A DNA stretch of 64,000 bases, taken from the NCBI GenBank assembly GCA_003635315.1, contig PYJD01000007.1, positions 13,400 through 77,399 on the forward strand, in the 5' to 3' direction. A model generated the notes under the pieces. It ran no database searches. It saw nothing but the letters and a program-made list of their open reading frames with translations, and had not been told where the DNA came from. Position numbers and translations under genes: made by a program. This DNA is from Candidatus Poribacteria bacterium (GTDB lineage Bacteria > Poribacteria > WGA-4E > WGA-3G). Positions 19,433 to 29,423 of the stretch are shown piece by piece (the stretch's first letter is position 1; the number at the start of each line of letters is the position of its first letter).

Positions 19433-19513
19433 TTGAGGATCACCTCATTTTCTGGTTCCATTGTAAAAATTGATTATTTCGAGGTATAAAGACATAGATT
19501 TTGAAGGTAAACA

Positions 19514-20821
19514 ATGACTGCAAAAATAAAACACACCATAACTGTCTTATTCCTCTTTAGCGTTTTTGCTATCGCTTTTGCTGCCCCACCCAGAGTTAAC
19601 CGTTTTACACTTAGTAATGGTATACGTGTTGTTAATCTCCATGTTAAGGATACCAATGATGTGGCTATTTTCAGCTATTTGCCCCTTCGACTTGTAAGTG
19701 ATGCGAAAGCAAAGGTACAGTGGAGCCACCTTATAGAGCACTTGGTATTACGTACCACTGGTCCCATTAACAGTTATTTGGAACGAAATGGACAAACAAC
19801 ATACCATGGCATGCATCTGGATTTTATAGGTACAATGGATAATTGGAAACAAGGTTTGGAATTACAAGCCAAATGGTTATCCAATTTACCTTTTTCAGAA
19901 CAAGATTTAGTGGAAGAACTCCCAAAAGCTATGAGTGAATTTGACTTTGTTAGTAAAAATTTAAATACAGGTCTGTTCGCAATGGCAGCATGGAATCAGG
20001 CTTTTCGTCACGGAGAAACCGATATCGCAATGCAAGGGGGTATTCAATCAGCGAATTTGAGCGAATTACAGAAGTATAGAGATCAGTACTTAGTGCAAGA
20101 AGATCGTGTTCTTTTGTGTATTATCGGGGGAGTTGATCCAGAAATACTACAATCAACTGTGGAAGAAAAATTCGGTTCTATAACCTTAGCTGATAGCATA
20201 CAGCCAAGTGCAACCGTGACATCACAGAAAAACAAAGATCTAAAGGCGACATGGGACTCAAACGTAACCCATTATATGGAAACCTATGCAATTCCCGCTC
20301 CCACCCACGATGACTATCCCACTCTTTATGTAACGAACGCTATTCTGGGTCAGTCGATTATGATGGACGCAGAACTGAAGAAGTTAACAGGTAGCATTTT
20401 CAGTGGTGCGGATCTCATTACACCCGAACAGACATATCTATTTGTCTCCGCTGCACTCAAACCGGGTTCAGATGTAGAAAAGGTGAAGCAGCGAATTAGA
20501 CTATTAATAAACCATTTTGCGAAACCGGAGAACAATATTCGGGTTGCTATGATCGCAACAGAACTTTCAAAGTACTTTAGTTCACCACTGGATTTTGAGG
20601 TTGTAAAAAAACAAAAAGTACTGGGTATGTCAGAAACTATGATGCTTGGAAGCATTGGTCTACAATGGGGATTACTTGAATTTCAATATGGAGAGAATTT
20701 ACCAAAGATCGCAAAGACGTTGGCGGATGTTTCACCAGAGGATGTGGCAAATGTTGTCAATCGCTATCTAACTGAAGAGGATCGAAAGACATTAATACTT
20801 ACACCGAAGGGATTGGAATGA
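19514..20821 (+). CDS. Secreted M16 (insulinase-like) peptidase family protein
   Basis: Signal peptide, RFTLSNGIRVV start, inverted zinc motif HLIEH, and C-terminal DVSPEDVANVVNRYL. Confidence 0.8.
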   Translation: MTAKIKHTITVLFLFSVFAIAFAAPPRVNRFTLSNGIRVVNLHVKDTNDVAIFSYLPLRLVSDAKAKVQWSHLIEHLVLRTTGPINSYLERNGQTTYHGMHLDFIGTMDNWKQGLELQAKWLSNLPFSEQDLVEELPKAMSEFDFVSKNLNTGLFAMAAWNQAFRHGETDIAMQGGIQSANLSELQKYRDQYLVQEDRVLLCIIGGVDPEILQSTVEEKFGSITLADSIQPSATVTSQKNKDLKATWDSNVTHYMETYAIPAPTHDDYPTLYVTNAILGQSIMMDAELKKLTGSIFSGADLITPEQTYLFVSAALKPGSDVEKVKQRIRLLINHFAKPENNIRVAMIATELSKYFSSPLDFEVVKKQKVLGMSETMMLGSIGLQWGLLEFQYGENLPKIAKTLADVSPEDVANVVNRYLTEEDRKTLILTPKGLE

Positions 20822-20875
20822 AATGAAACGTTTGAAAGAATCCAGGTGATATATCAAACATACCTCTTCTCCTCT

Positions 20876-20997
20876 GTAGGCGGGGAATGCCAATAAGGCA
20901 TTCATACCCACCGAATTCCACACGCGGATTCGGTGTTGATTTGGGTGAATGCTAAACAGCATTCATACCCGGGGAATGTCTAAATGACATTCATACC
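20876..20997. repeat. Cluster of REP-like hairpins (three GAATG-stem-CATTC-ATACC units plus the 33-nt dispersed repeat)
   Basis: GAATGCC/GGCATTC (20885-20903), GAATGCT/AGCATTC (20947-20964) and GAATGTC/GACATTC (20974-20992), each followed by ATACC. GTAG at 20876. Confidence 0.8.
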
Positions 20998-21086
20998 GTT
21001 GATTCCTTGATTCCTTGATTTGAATTCCGATTCCCGATATTCTTTACAACGGTTATTTGAAAACTATTATCAGAAATGATATAACA

Positions 21087-22328
21087 TCAGCTATTCAAAT
21101 TTCCTAAGAGATCAGTAATTTCTTCACGTATCTGTGCTTCTACGGATGGACGTAACGCCAACCTATAAGGTCCTCCTAATGCGTGATTACGCGGACCTGC
21201 TTCATATCCACCCTTTAATCCCAGTTCATAATCCTTTTTGGTGGCTATATAAACTTCACTCCCATTTGTATATCCAAACATGAAGGTATGCTTGAAGGGA
21301 GAGATGTCATCTACGAAAAGTTGATATTCTGCAAAAAGTTCATGTGAGACAGACAGGATGCAAAACGTATTGCCGATAGCGAAAGCACGCATTGGAAAGG
21401 GAAGGGTACGTTTTTCATCACTTTTAGCGACCTCTAATAATGCTACATATCGATTATCATCCGGATGTTCTTCTATTAGTTGCTCACATTCCGCTACAGA
21501 TGGTGGATCTTGAAAGGGTAAATTCATCATGACAGACTGTGCTTTTAACGGTGCTGCAGGTATTGTTTCTGCAGTTTTTAATGCATGTTGCGTGGCAAAC
21601 GCAAGAGAAAAACCTGCAACATCACACGCTTCAAACCCGCCTCGCAACGGATAACCGTTGATATTCGCAGCACATCCTTGAGCAAATAACAGAACACTTT
21701 CCGTTTTTAAATCTATAAAATTGCGTAGATGCTCAACAGCATATCCCGGAAAATCCGCGCCGATCTCCTCACTTGACCAGTGAACAATCACTGGATGGGC
21801 TGCATGTGAGAATAGAACTGCAATGATTCCTCCAAATGAATCGTAAACCCCCAAAACATCAACCCACGGCACAATTGCACCTTCTGGATTGGGTGCCATT
21901 GTAATGTGTCCATTTTCCCGCATCAATCGTCTGTTGTAACCAATTTGAACGGGGGCGCGTCCAACACATAATGTCGCAGGTTCAAGCGAGCCGACTGCCC
22001 TCTTCACCAGTTCAGCAAGACAAGTCGCTAACCATACCTCAGATTCTTCACTTATCCATCTGCCATCAACACCTGGAGCATTGTGTGTATGACTGCAGTT
22101 GATAATTATGTGTTCGGTAGGTATATTCGTCTTTTGTTCAATGGCATCAAGAAGAACTTGGTTATATTGAAGCGGGAATTGTCCAAAGTCAACTGTTACA
22201 ATAGCAAGTTGAATGTTATTATCTGAGAGCACCAATACACGAGCGTATATTTCCGCATATACATCTGGATTGTCCTTAATAGATGTAATCGTTGTTTCTG
22301 CTGCACCTGCTGATAAGTGTGTTTTCAA
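21087..22328 (-). CDS. Neutral/alkaline ceramidase-like amidohydrolase
   Basis: CSHTHNAPG, HAAHP, ADFPG, FAQGCAANIN and FGYTNG motifs. Confidence 0.75.
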   Translation of the reverse strand: MKTHLSAGAAETTITSIKDNPDVYAEIYARVLVLSDNNIQLAIVTVDFGQFPLQYNQVLLDAIEQKTNIPTEHIIINCSHTHNAPGVDGRWISEESEVWLATCLAELVKRAVGSLEPATLCVGRAPVQIGYNRRLMRENGHITMAPNPEGAIVPWVDVLGVYDSFGGIIAVLFSHAAHPVIVHWSSEEIGADFPGYAVEHLRNFIDLKTESVLLFAQGCAANINGYPLRGGFEACDVAGFSLAFATQHALKTAETIPAAPLKAQSVMMNLPFQDPPSVAECEQLIEEHPDDNRYVALLEVAKSDEKRTLPFPMRAFAIGNTFCILSVSHELFAEYQLFVDDISPFKHTFMFGYTNGSEVYIATKKDYELGLKGGYEAGPRNHALGGPYRLALRPSVEAQIREEITDLLGNLNS

Positions 22329-22352
22329 GAAATGCTCCTTACATATCGGTTA

Positions 22353-23411
22353 TTATCCTAAATCCGTAAGTTGGGGCATTACCTCATTCTGGAGGAGTTC
22401 CATAGAATGAATCCACTGTTCCTTCGGTTCCCATTCGTGTCCCATAGCCAATAAAACACCAAATCCCCCAACATCATCATAGAGTTGACGTAAACGATTG
22501 GCAACATGGTCGGGACTCCCCACAATCCAAAGTGTATCCAATAAGTTCTCAAGACAGGATTCTACATCTGGAGTATCGTCGTTCATCTTGAATCTTTCCC
22601 ATCCCCACAGACGGAACCAGTAATCTCGGAAATCTCGACCAAGTGTCCCTTCAATTGCTTCCTTACGTGCCTGTTCATTAGTGTCAGCAACATAAACTTC
22701 TCGGGCAATTCGCCATGTAGATCGGGATGGTTTTTGTCCAGTCTTCTCTGCCCCCTCTTCAACAGCATCCCAATGTGTTTTGATAACAGAAACAGGAGCG
22801 AGATTAATACTCATCGGTATCCATCCGCGTTCCCCCGCAAAAATGAGCGTATCGGATCTGGCGGATGAACCTGCAAGTGCAATGGGTGGATGCGGTTGTT
22901 GGTAGGGTTTCATGTGTATACTTACAATATCTGGATGTCCATCAGGGATTTTAAATTCCCAAAAATCACTCTTATAATGTCCCGGTTTTGGGTCTGTCCA
23001 TATTTTAAGGACAGCATCAATTCCTTCTCGTGTAGCTTTTCTTCTATCCTCCCCTGCCATAAACATCTCTGCATCACTCGGTGTAGAACTTGAACCGACT
23101 CCCCAATGGAACCGTCCATGGGCAAGGTGATCTAACTGTGCAATACGATGTGCAACCACTGCTGGATTGTGGATCGGCATGCACGTTATTCCTGTGCCAA
23201 AAGTGATATTTTCTGTCATGGCAAGTGCCTTGGCAATGAATAGATCAGGAGATGGGATGTTTTCCCAGGTGAAGGTAAAGTGTTCTCCAACATAGGCTTC
23301 CTTGTATCCCATTTCGTCAAGGACTACCATCTGTTCGAGATCGTCATCAAGTGTTTTTGTAGTGTCACTACCTGGTGGATGTAAAGGCATTGTGAAAAAA
23401 CCGAGTTCCAT
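22353..23411 (-). CDS. LLM-class (luciferase-like) flavin-dependent monooxygenase
   Basis: MELGFFTMPLHP...GYKEAYVGEH...PYQQPHPPIALAG...WIVGSPDHV. Confidence 0.92.
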   Translation of the reverse strand: MELGFFTMPLHPPGSDTTKTLDDDLEQMVVLDEMGYKEAYVGEHFTFTWENIPSPDLFIAKALAMTENITFGTGITCMPIHNPAVVAHRIAQLDHLAHGRFHWGVGSSSTPSDAEMFMAGEDRRKATREGIDAVLKIWTDPKPGHYKSDFWEFKIPDGHPDIVSIHMKPYQQPHPPIALAGSSARSDTLIFAGERGWIPMSINLAPVSVIKTHWDAVEEGAEKTGQKPSRSTWRIAREVYVADTNEQARKEAIEGTLGRDFRDYWFRLWGWERFKMNDDTPDVESCLENLLDTLWIVGSPDHVANRLRQLYDDVGGFGVLLAMGHEWEPKEQWIHSMELLQNEVMPQLTDLG

Positions 23412-23567
23412 AAAAAGACTCCTTTATAGGTTCCCAATTTTTGACTATTATATCTGCTCCGTTTTTACATTTTCGATATTCATGTAAAACAGTGGAAAAG
23501 TCAAAAAACGTTTGTAACACTATTTCTTTAGTTATCAATACGGGGATGGAAGGTAAGTCCCCAATGA

Positions 23568-23810
23568 CTAATTGCTTTTACCATGCAAATCAAGCCCCGG
23601 TATTCGGTTTCTGTAATCGGAGTAACGGGGTCCCTCAGTGAGTAAAAGGTGAATCAGAACGTACTCAAGCTCACTAATAGTTTTCTCATCAGGGTAGTTC
23701 TCAAGGTCAAGATCAAGAGCTTCAAGTATCTTATGAACATGGTAATGAATGGGGTCACCGTTAGGCATAATGTAGCTCCAGAGTAAAAATTTGTGTTCAT
23801 CGTCATACAC
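23568..23810 (-). CDS. Small hypothetical ORF, possibly a gene remnant
   Basis: 80-aa GTG-start ORF with protein-like composition but no recognisable motif or RBS; the upstream frames contain stops. Confidence 0.2.
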   Translation of the reverse strand: MYDDEHKFLLWSYIMPNGDPIHYHVHKILEALDLDLENYPDEKTISELEYVLIHLLLTEGPRYSDYRNRIPGLDLHGKSN

Positions 23811-24465
23811 TAAATGCAGAATTGATGAAACGACTTTTTAACATAATCGCAAAAAATATTGTACTTTGAATATTTTAAGATAGGTAAAACTTTTGCTCGG
23901 ATACCGTTTTTTGTAGTATAGGAAACAGTTGGTTTCTTGTGGTGCTTATCGGCAGCTTCAGATATTTTTTTAGTTCTGACGGGTATCATAGGTGAAGAGA
24001 TATCCCGCGATCTTTAAGATTCAACCGAAATGTGATACAAATTATCTAAAATATAGTAATTGTATAATAACAGATCCCAATCAAGTAGTTTCCATAATCC
24101 TGAATCCTGTTTCAGACAATGAACAACTACAATACCTGAATAAAATCTTAACCTTCATTAACCAATATTAAGCAAAAAACTTAGTTTTTAGGAAACTTGG
24201 AAAACAAGAAGACTGACAGTAACGCTGTGTGTGCCATCATCCAGACTTCTAACTTTCCAACCCACTTGGGAATGCAAAACTTGAATATAAATATCTAAAC
24301 TTGATTAAAGCATTAATACTATAATGAGCCAACACCTGTATGTTTAGGAACTTGAAAAAATCAAAGGAATCTGTTATTGTTATCACATGTCTATAGAATA
24401 CTATGGACAGACTATCATAATACTATATTTTATTCAAGCATTTTACATGGAAGGATACTTATCAA

Positions 24466-25659
24466 ATGTACAAAAAATTCTTACTTTTCACATCAATTAT
24501 ACAACTTGCAATACTTAGTATGTTAATAACTGGATGTGAAAAAATAGATCAGATGATCACACCAGATACAACTGTACCTACAATGGATAAAACACTAAAA
24601 ATCGGTGTGATTCAACCATCAAATACTTTTACAACCTTTAGCCAAGGTGCTGAAACCGCCCGTGTTCAAATTAACGAAATGGGTGGTGTACTCGGTATGA
24701 AGGTAGAATTTATCAGTAGAGACAATCAACCTGTGGCAACTGCCCCTCCAACGCCAGAAGCCAGTGTCAGTGCAGCGAAAGAACTTATTGATGTTGAGGA
24801 TGTCTTTGCACTTTTAGGTCCGATTTACTCTACGAATGCTGTCGAAGTCGGTCCGATTGCCCAACAGGCAAAACGGTTGATGCTTCCAGGTTCCAGCGGT
24901 TCAAACGTGCCAGTTGTCGGAGATTATGTTTTTCTCATTACAGTACCGAACCCATTTCAAGGGAAAGTTATGGCGAGTTTCGCTATGAACCCTGACGAAC
25001 TCGGAGCTAAGACGGCCGCAACAATTCACGAAGACGGTGATGTATATTCTAACGACCTTGTATTGGCGTTTGAGGATGCTTTTCAAGGAATCGGTGGAAA
25101 GATAGTTCACAGTGGCACGTATTCCGCAGGTGATACCACCTTCACAAACCTACTCACAGAAATTCACAATACTAATCCTGACGTTATTTTTTGCCCAGCT
25201 TTTCAGCCAGAAGTACCGTTGCTGATAAATGAAGCGCGAAGTATCGGCATCACTGTGTCATTCCTCGGTGGCAGCGCATGGGATGATCGTGAACGTTTCC
25301 TCAGCATCTTAGACGATAACAGTGTTTTGGACGACTGTTATTATCCAACGAATTTCTCGGTAGCGACACCGGATCCAAATGTTCAAGAATTTGTACAAGG
25401 ATACACCGCACTTTTCGGAGGTCCACCAGATGGTATTGCAGCATCGGGTTATGATGCGATGCGACTCTTAGCTCGGGCAATAGATACAGCAGGTTCGCTG
25501 GACAATGAAGCCGTTCGTGATGCATTTGCAGAAACCAGCGGTTACAAAGGGGCAACAACTATTTCGCATTACGATGGAAACCGTCATCCCGTCAAGAGTC
25601 TCGCAATTCAGGTTATCCAGGATGGACAAGTGAAGCACTACAAAGTCGTGGAACCGTAA
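24466..25659 (+). CDS. ABC transporter substrate-binding lipoprotein (LivJ/LivK, branched-chain amino acid type)
   Basis: Lipobox LITGC; LKIGVI...INEMGGVLG...LLGPIYSTNA...GYDAMRLLARAI. Confidence 0.9.
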   Translation: MYKKFLLFTSIIQLAILSMLITGCEKIDQMITPDTTVPTMDKTLKIGVIQPSNTFTTFSQGAETARVQINEMGGVLGMKVEFISRDNQPVATAPPTPEASVSAAKELIDVEDVFALLGPIYSTNAVEVGPIAQQAKRLMLPGSSGSNVPVVGDYVFLITVPNPFQGKVMASFAMNPDELGAKTAATIHEDGDVYSNDLVLAFEDAFQGIGGKIVHSGTYSAGDTTFTNLLTEIHNTNPDVIFCPAFQPEVPLLINEARSIGITVSFLGGSAWDDRERFLSILDDNSVLDDCYYPTNFSVATPDPNVQEFVQGYTALFGGPPDGIAASGYDAMRLLARAIDTAGSLDNEAVRDAFAETSGYKGATTISHYDGNRHPVKSLAIQVIQDGQVKHYKVVEP

Positions 25660-25766
25660 TATGTAGGAAGGATAAATCACCTTACCACATACAAAGCTGT
25701 TCATTAATCTGGATAGATCTCATAATTTAAACACCATATTAACAAAGAAATATCGGAGACACACTT

Positions 25767-26801
25767 ATGACAGAACAACTCATTCAAATCGGTGTCGTTG
25801 GATGCGGATGGGCAGGTCGACAAGCAATCGCTTCTGCCAATGCCACTTCTCGTCTAAACGTCAACGCAATAGCAGAACGTGATCCTACCCGTAGAGAAGA
25901 AGCGGGAGATGAACACTCTGTTCCAAATCGATATGCGGATTATAAAGAACTTCTAAATGATTCAGCCGTCGATGCTGTTTACCTTGCCACCTCTCCAGAT
26001 GTTCGGCTACAACAGGTCTTGGATACACTTGCTGCTGGAAAGCATGTGTTAGTTCAAAAACCCCATGCACTCCGAGCTCATGAGATATTGGAGATGGAGG
26101 AAGCATCACAAAAAGCTCAAAAAACACTCCAATTCTGCTATTTTATGCGACATTTTCCAATTAACCGTCAAATACGAAATACAATAGCAAATGGTGCAAT
26201 TGGAGAACCGTACCATGCACGCGTTTTTGGGAAATTCAATTTCTTACCACCACTTGATACAAATAATCGGTGGTTGCATGTATATGGACAGAAGGGTGGT
26301 TCATTAGGACAACACTTTTCACACGAACTTAACCTTACATGGTGGTGGATGGGATGTCCAAAACCCGAGTGGGCATTCGGTGTGAAGCATGTCCTCTATC
26401 CAAAGTATGACGGTCCGGAAGGTGCAGCCGAAGATTATTTTTCAGGTATCCTCGGATGTGAAGGCGGTAAAACAATCCAGATTGATTGTACTCGGATGGG
26501 ACATACAGAATCCGGAGATATAGTAGAATTCTACGGTACAACTGGGGCAATCACCAAAGGTGGTATCTCTCGTTTCAAGGATGGGGAATATGTGCGAGAG
26601 ACATGTGAAGAGCCAAATGAAATTGATCATGGAGAGATACCTGAAGATCTACCTGTTTTTTATTATGAACTCAACCATTTTGCAATGGCGATTGCAGGTG
26701 AGGTTGAACCGGATGTTTCCGCAGAAAACGCTTATACCTATATGAAAATATTGGATGCGTTCTATGATAGCGCTAAGAGTGGTGAGAAGGTTTATATTTG
26801 A
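25767..26801 (+). CDS. Gfo/Idh/MocA family oxidoreductase
   Basis: Rossmann IGVVGCGWAG; AGKHVLVQKP motif. Confidence 0.9.
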   Translation: MTEQLIQIGVVGCGWAGRQAIASANATSRLNVNAIAERDPTRREEAGDEHSVPNRYADYKELLNDSAVDAVYLATSPDVRLQQVLDTLAAGKHVLVQKPHALRAHEILEMEEASQKAQKTLQFCYFMRHFPINRQIRNTIANGAIGEPYHARVFGKFNFLPPLDTNNRWLHVYGQKGGSLGQHFSHELNLTWWWMGCPKPEWAFGVKHVLYPKYDGPEGAAEDYFSGILGCEGGKTIQIDCTRMGHTESGDIVEFYGTTGAITKGGISRFKDGEYVRETCEEPNEIDHGEIPEDLPVFYYELNHFAMAIAGEVEPDVSAENAYTYMKILDAFYDSAKSGEKVYI

Positions 26802-26909
26802 CAAAAACACCTCTATCTGTTAGTCTATCAACACGAAATTATTGAACAAATTAGCCGTTATTGCTAACTCAATAACAAACTAATACCTTCCTGATTTTGG
26901 AGGACTTAG

Positions 26910-27962
26910 GTGTACAAAAGTGCAATGTTAGGGTGCGGAGGACGCGCCCGAGGACACGCGGAGGCATACCGTTTCGTAAAACGAGGTAAACTTGCTGCAA
27001 TCTGCGATATGCACCAAGAACGCCTAAACAATTTCGGGGATGAATACGCAATTTCTTCGCGTTACACTGACTTGAATGAGATGCTTCAAAAAGAGAAACC
27101 CGATGTCCTCCACATTGTCACAAGCCCCGTTGTGCCGGGTAGCAATGAACGGATCCGTTATCTCTTGATGAAACAGGCATCCAATCACGGTGTGCCAGCG
27201 GCGGTTGTTGAAAAACCAGTCGCTATTGAAGGCGAGGATTGGAAGCAAATTGCTGGGTTAGCAGAAGAGACAAAAACGAAATTTGTCGTCAATACACAAC
27301 TCAATTTCCATCCAAAGAATCTCGAACTGAAACGCGATGTCGCTGACGGGAAAATTGGCGAAATTAAGTTTATTGATGCCAGTGCACGTAGTAGAGCCTC
27401 CGAGCAGGGAGGGCATATACTACAGTTGGCGTCCTCCTACATAGACAACTCCCATCCAATACGGGTTCTTGGACAAGTCTCTGGAACAGAAGATGTAAAT
27501 TCTGCTCCTGGACATCCGGGTCCATTGCATGCAGTCGGACATGTTTTGTATGAGAACGGCGTTCACGTTTCTCTGGCATTTGGATCAGAATTTGGACAAA
27601 TGGTATCTGATGATCCAGGTGTCTACGGACACAAACGTGTTTTTGTTGTCGGAACGAAAGGCTTTGTGCATTGGCGTTTTAACAGTTGGGAACGTTCAAC
27701 ATTGAGTGGCGGGTATGAAAGCGGTCCGATTAACTATGGAGAGCAAGATGTCGTCGCGCAGGCTAACTTCACCGAAGCCATTTTTGATTGGTTAGACGAT
27801 GAGACGAATGTCCATCCGACGCATCTCAAGCAGTCCCTGGTGGAGTCTAACCTTATTTTAGGATTGTATTACAGCGGGTTAACAAATGAGATAGTAGAAC
27901 TACCGTTTGAACCACCCAATGGCTTAATGGACGACCTTGAGAGAAGTTGTAATTTAAATTGA
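26910..27962 (+). CDS. Gfo/Idh/MocA oxidoreductase, tandem paralog 1 of 4
   Basis: LGCGGRARGH...KEKPDVLHIVT...VEKP; GGAGGA RBS before a GTG start. Confidence 0.9.
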   Translation: MYKSAMLGCGGRARGHAEAYRFVKRGKLAAICDMHQERLNNFGDEYAISSRYTDLNEMLQKEKPDVLHIVTSPVVPGSNERIRYLLMKQASNHGVPAAVVEKPVAIEGEDWKQIAGLAEETKTKFVVNTQLNFHPKNLELKRDVADGKIGEIKFIDASARSRASEQGGHILQLASSYIDNSHPIRVLGQVSGTEDVNSAPGHPGPLHAVGHVLYENGVHVSLAFGSEFGQMVSDDPGVYGHKRVFVVGTKGFVHWRFNSWERSTLSGGYESGPINYGEQDVVAQANFTEAIFDWLDDETNVHPTHLKQSLVESNLILGLYYSGLTNEIVELPFEPPNGLMDDLERSCNLN

Positions 27963-27972
27963 AATTTATGTT

Positions 27973-28097
27973 GTAGGTAAGGGTTTCAACCATTACCTAC
28001 TTTACGTTTTGGTGCGCTACTGGCGTGCTACTATAATTAATACCATTTCTGATATATAATGTCTCTCTTGTAGCATAAACTTTCCAGTTTGTGCCAC
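27973..28097. repeat. Two GTAG-initiated REP-like palindromes between paralogs 1 and 2
   Basis: GTAGGTAAGGGTTTCAACCATTACCTAC (27973-28000) and GTAGCATAAACTTTCCAGTTTGTGCCAC (28070-28097). Confidence 0.6.
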
Positions 28098-28172
28098 ATT
28101 CCGCTTCATTTCTAACAATAGGTAATGGGACAAAAATTAATTGAAATGGTATAACATTAGAGGAGACACCTC

Positions 28173-29210
28173 ATGTATAAGAGTGCATTTTTAGGATGTG
28201 GTGGTCGTGCCCGTGCCCATGCGAGTGCTTACAGGTTCGTAAAGGGCGGGAAAATCGGTGCCATCTGTGATATGAACGAAGAATTACTCAATAAGTTCGG
28301 TGATGACTTTGATGTATCTGCCCGATATACTGATTTCGATGAGATGCTTGAAAAGGAGAAACCGGATCTGCTACATATTGTCACTGCTCCGGTATTACGC
28401 GGTACAAATCAACGAATCCGCTATTCACTGATGAAGCAAGCGTCAGATCATAATGTGCCAGCCGCTATTGTGGAAAAACCTATTGCTGTAGAAAGTGAGG
28501 ACTACAAACAGATCGCAGGGTTAGCTGAAGAGACAAGTACAAAGTTTATCGTCAATACACAGCTTAATTTTCATCCCAAAAATCTTGAATTAAAACAGGA
28601 TGTTGCAGATGGTAAAATCGGGGAAATTAAGTTTATTGATGCCAGTGCTCGAAGTACACCTGTTGACCAAGCACCTCATGTCTTGCAGCTGGTATCCTCA
28701 TATATTGACAACTCACGTCCTGTACGGGTATTAGGTCAAATTGCAGGCAAAGAACAATTAGATTCAGCACAACCATCTCCGATGCACGCTGCTGCACAGG
28801 CAATCTATGATAACGGACTTCATGTTTCACTTGCTTTTGGTACAGGCATGGGAACTTTGGCATCTGAGGGTGGAGGAACAGTAACACATAAACGTGTGTT
28901 CGTTGTTGGTACAAAAGGTTTCGTTCATTGGCGTTTTAGCAGTTGGGAACGATCCACACATGATGGTGGTTATGAGGGCGGACCTCTCAATTATGGGGAA
29001 CAGGATATTCAAGCACAAGGCAATCTAACAGAAGCAGCATTTGACTGGCTTGATGATGAAAACAATGAACATCCCACCCATCTAAAACAATCTCTTGCTG
29101 AGTTCAATCTACTATTAGGTATATATTATAGCGGAATTACTAATGAGATTATTGATCTTCCGTTTGAACCACCTGATGGATTAATGGGATCTCTCAAAGA
29201 GGAATTATAA
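28173..29210 (+). CDS. Gfo/Idh/MocA oxidoreductase, tandem paralog 2 of 4
   Basis: Co-linear with paralog 1; AGGAGA RBS. Confidence 0.9.
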   Translation: MYKSAFLGCGGRARAHASAYRFVKGGKIGAICDMNEELLNKFGDDFDVSARYTDFDEMLEKEKPDLLHIVTAPVLRGTNQRIRYSLMKQASDHNVPAAIVEKPIAVESEDYKQIAGLAEETSTKFIVNTQLNFHPKNLELKQDVADGKIGEIKFIDASARSTPVDQAPHVLQLVSSYIDNSRPVRVLGQIAGKEQLDSAQPSPMHAAAQAIYDNGLHVSLAFGTGMGTLASEGGGTVTHKRVFVVGTKGFVHWRFSSWERSTHDGGYEGGPLNYGEQDIQAQGNLTEAAFDWLDDENNEHPTHLKQSLAEFNLLLGIYYSGITNEIIDLPFEPPDGLMGSLKEEL

Positions 29211-29269
29211 ACTGATTATAGACATTCAATTGTCGTAATTAGGTACATACATTCTGATATTGTTTCTTC

Positions 29270-29335
29270 TGTAGGAGCGATCTCCGATTCGCGACCCATA
29301 ACAGGAATGATCGGGAATCAGAGTTCCCTCCTACA
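29270..29335. repeat. Inverted REP doublet (REPIN-like)
   Basis: TGTAGGAGCGATCTCCGATTCGCGAC on + and TGTAGGAGGGAACTCTGATTCCCGAT on -. The inner stems GCGA/TCGC and GGGA/TCCC differ by a compensatory change. Confidence 0.7.
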
Positions 29336-29423
29336 TAAAAGACCTGATATCTTTTATGAATCAATATATCGACCTTACGTTCATGAGTCCAATTTGAACC
29401 AGGACACCAAAGGAGACATTACT

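Noticed and set aside
20876-20997. Mini-CRISPR interpretation of the three hairpins
   Set aside because: The units are not identical, the spacing is irregular (about 38 nt, then about 4 nt), and no cas genes are present.
24197-24260. Long imperfect hairpin TTGGAAA...AGAAG / CTTCT...TTTCCAA upstream of the binding-protein gene
   Set aside because: Single copy in the window, imperfect, and no match to a riboswitch I can recognise.
29307-29423. 39-aa N-terminal extension of paralog 3 in the ORF track
   Set aside because: It runs through the REP doublet; the GTG at 29424 has an RBS and matches the other paralogs.
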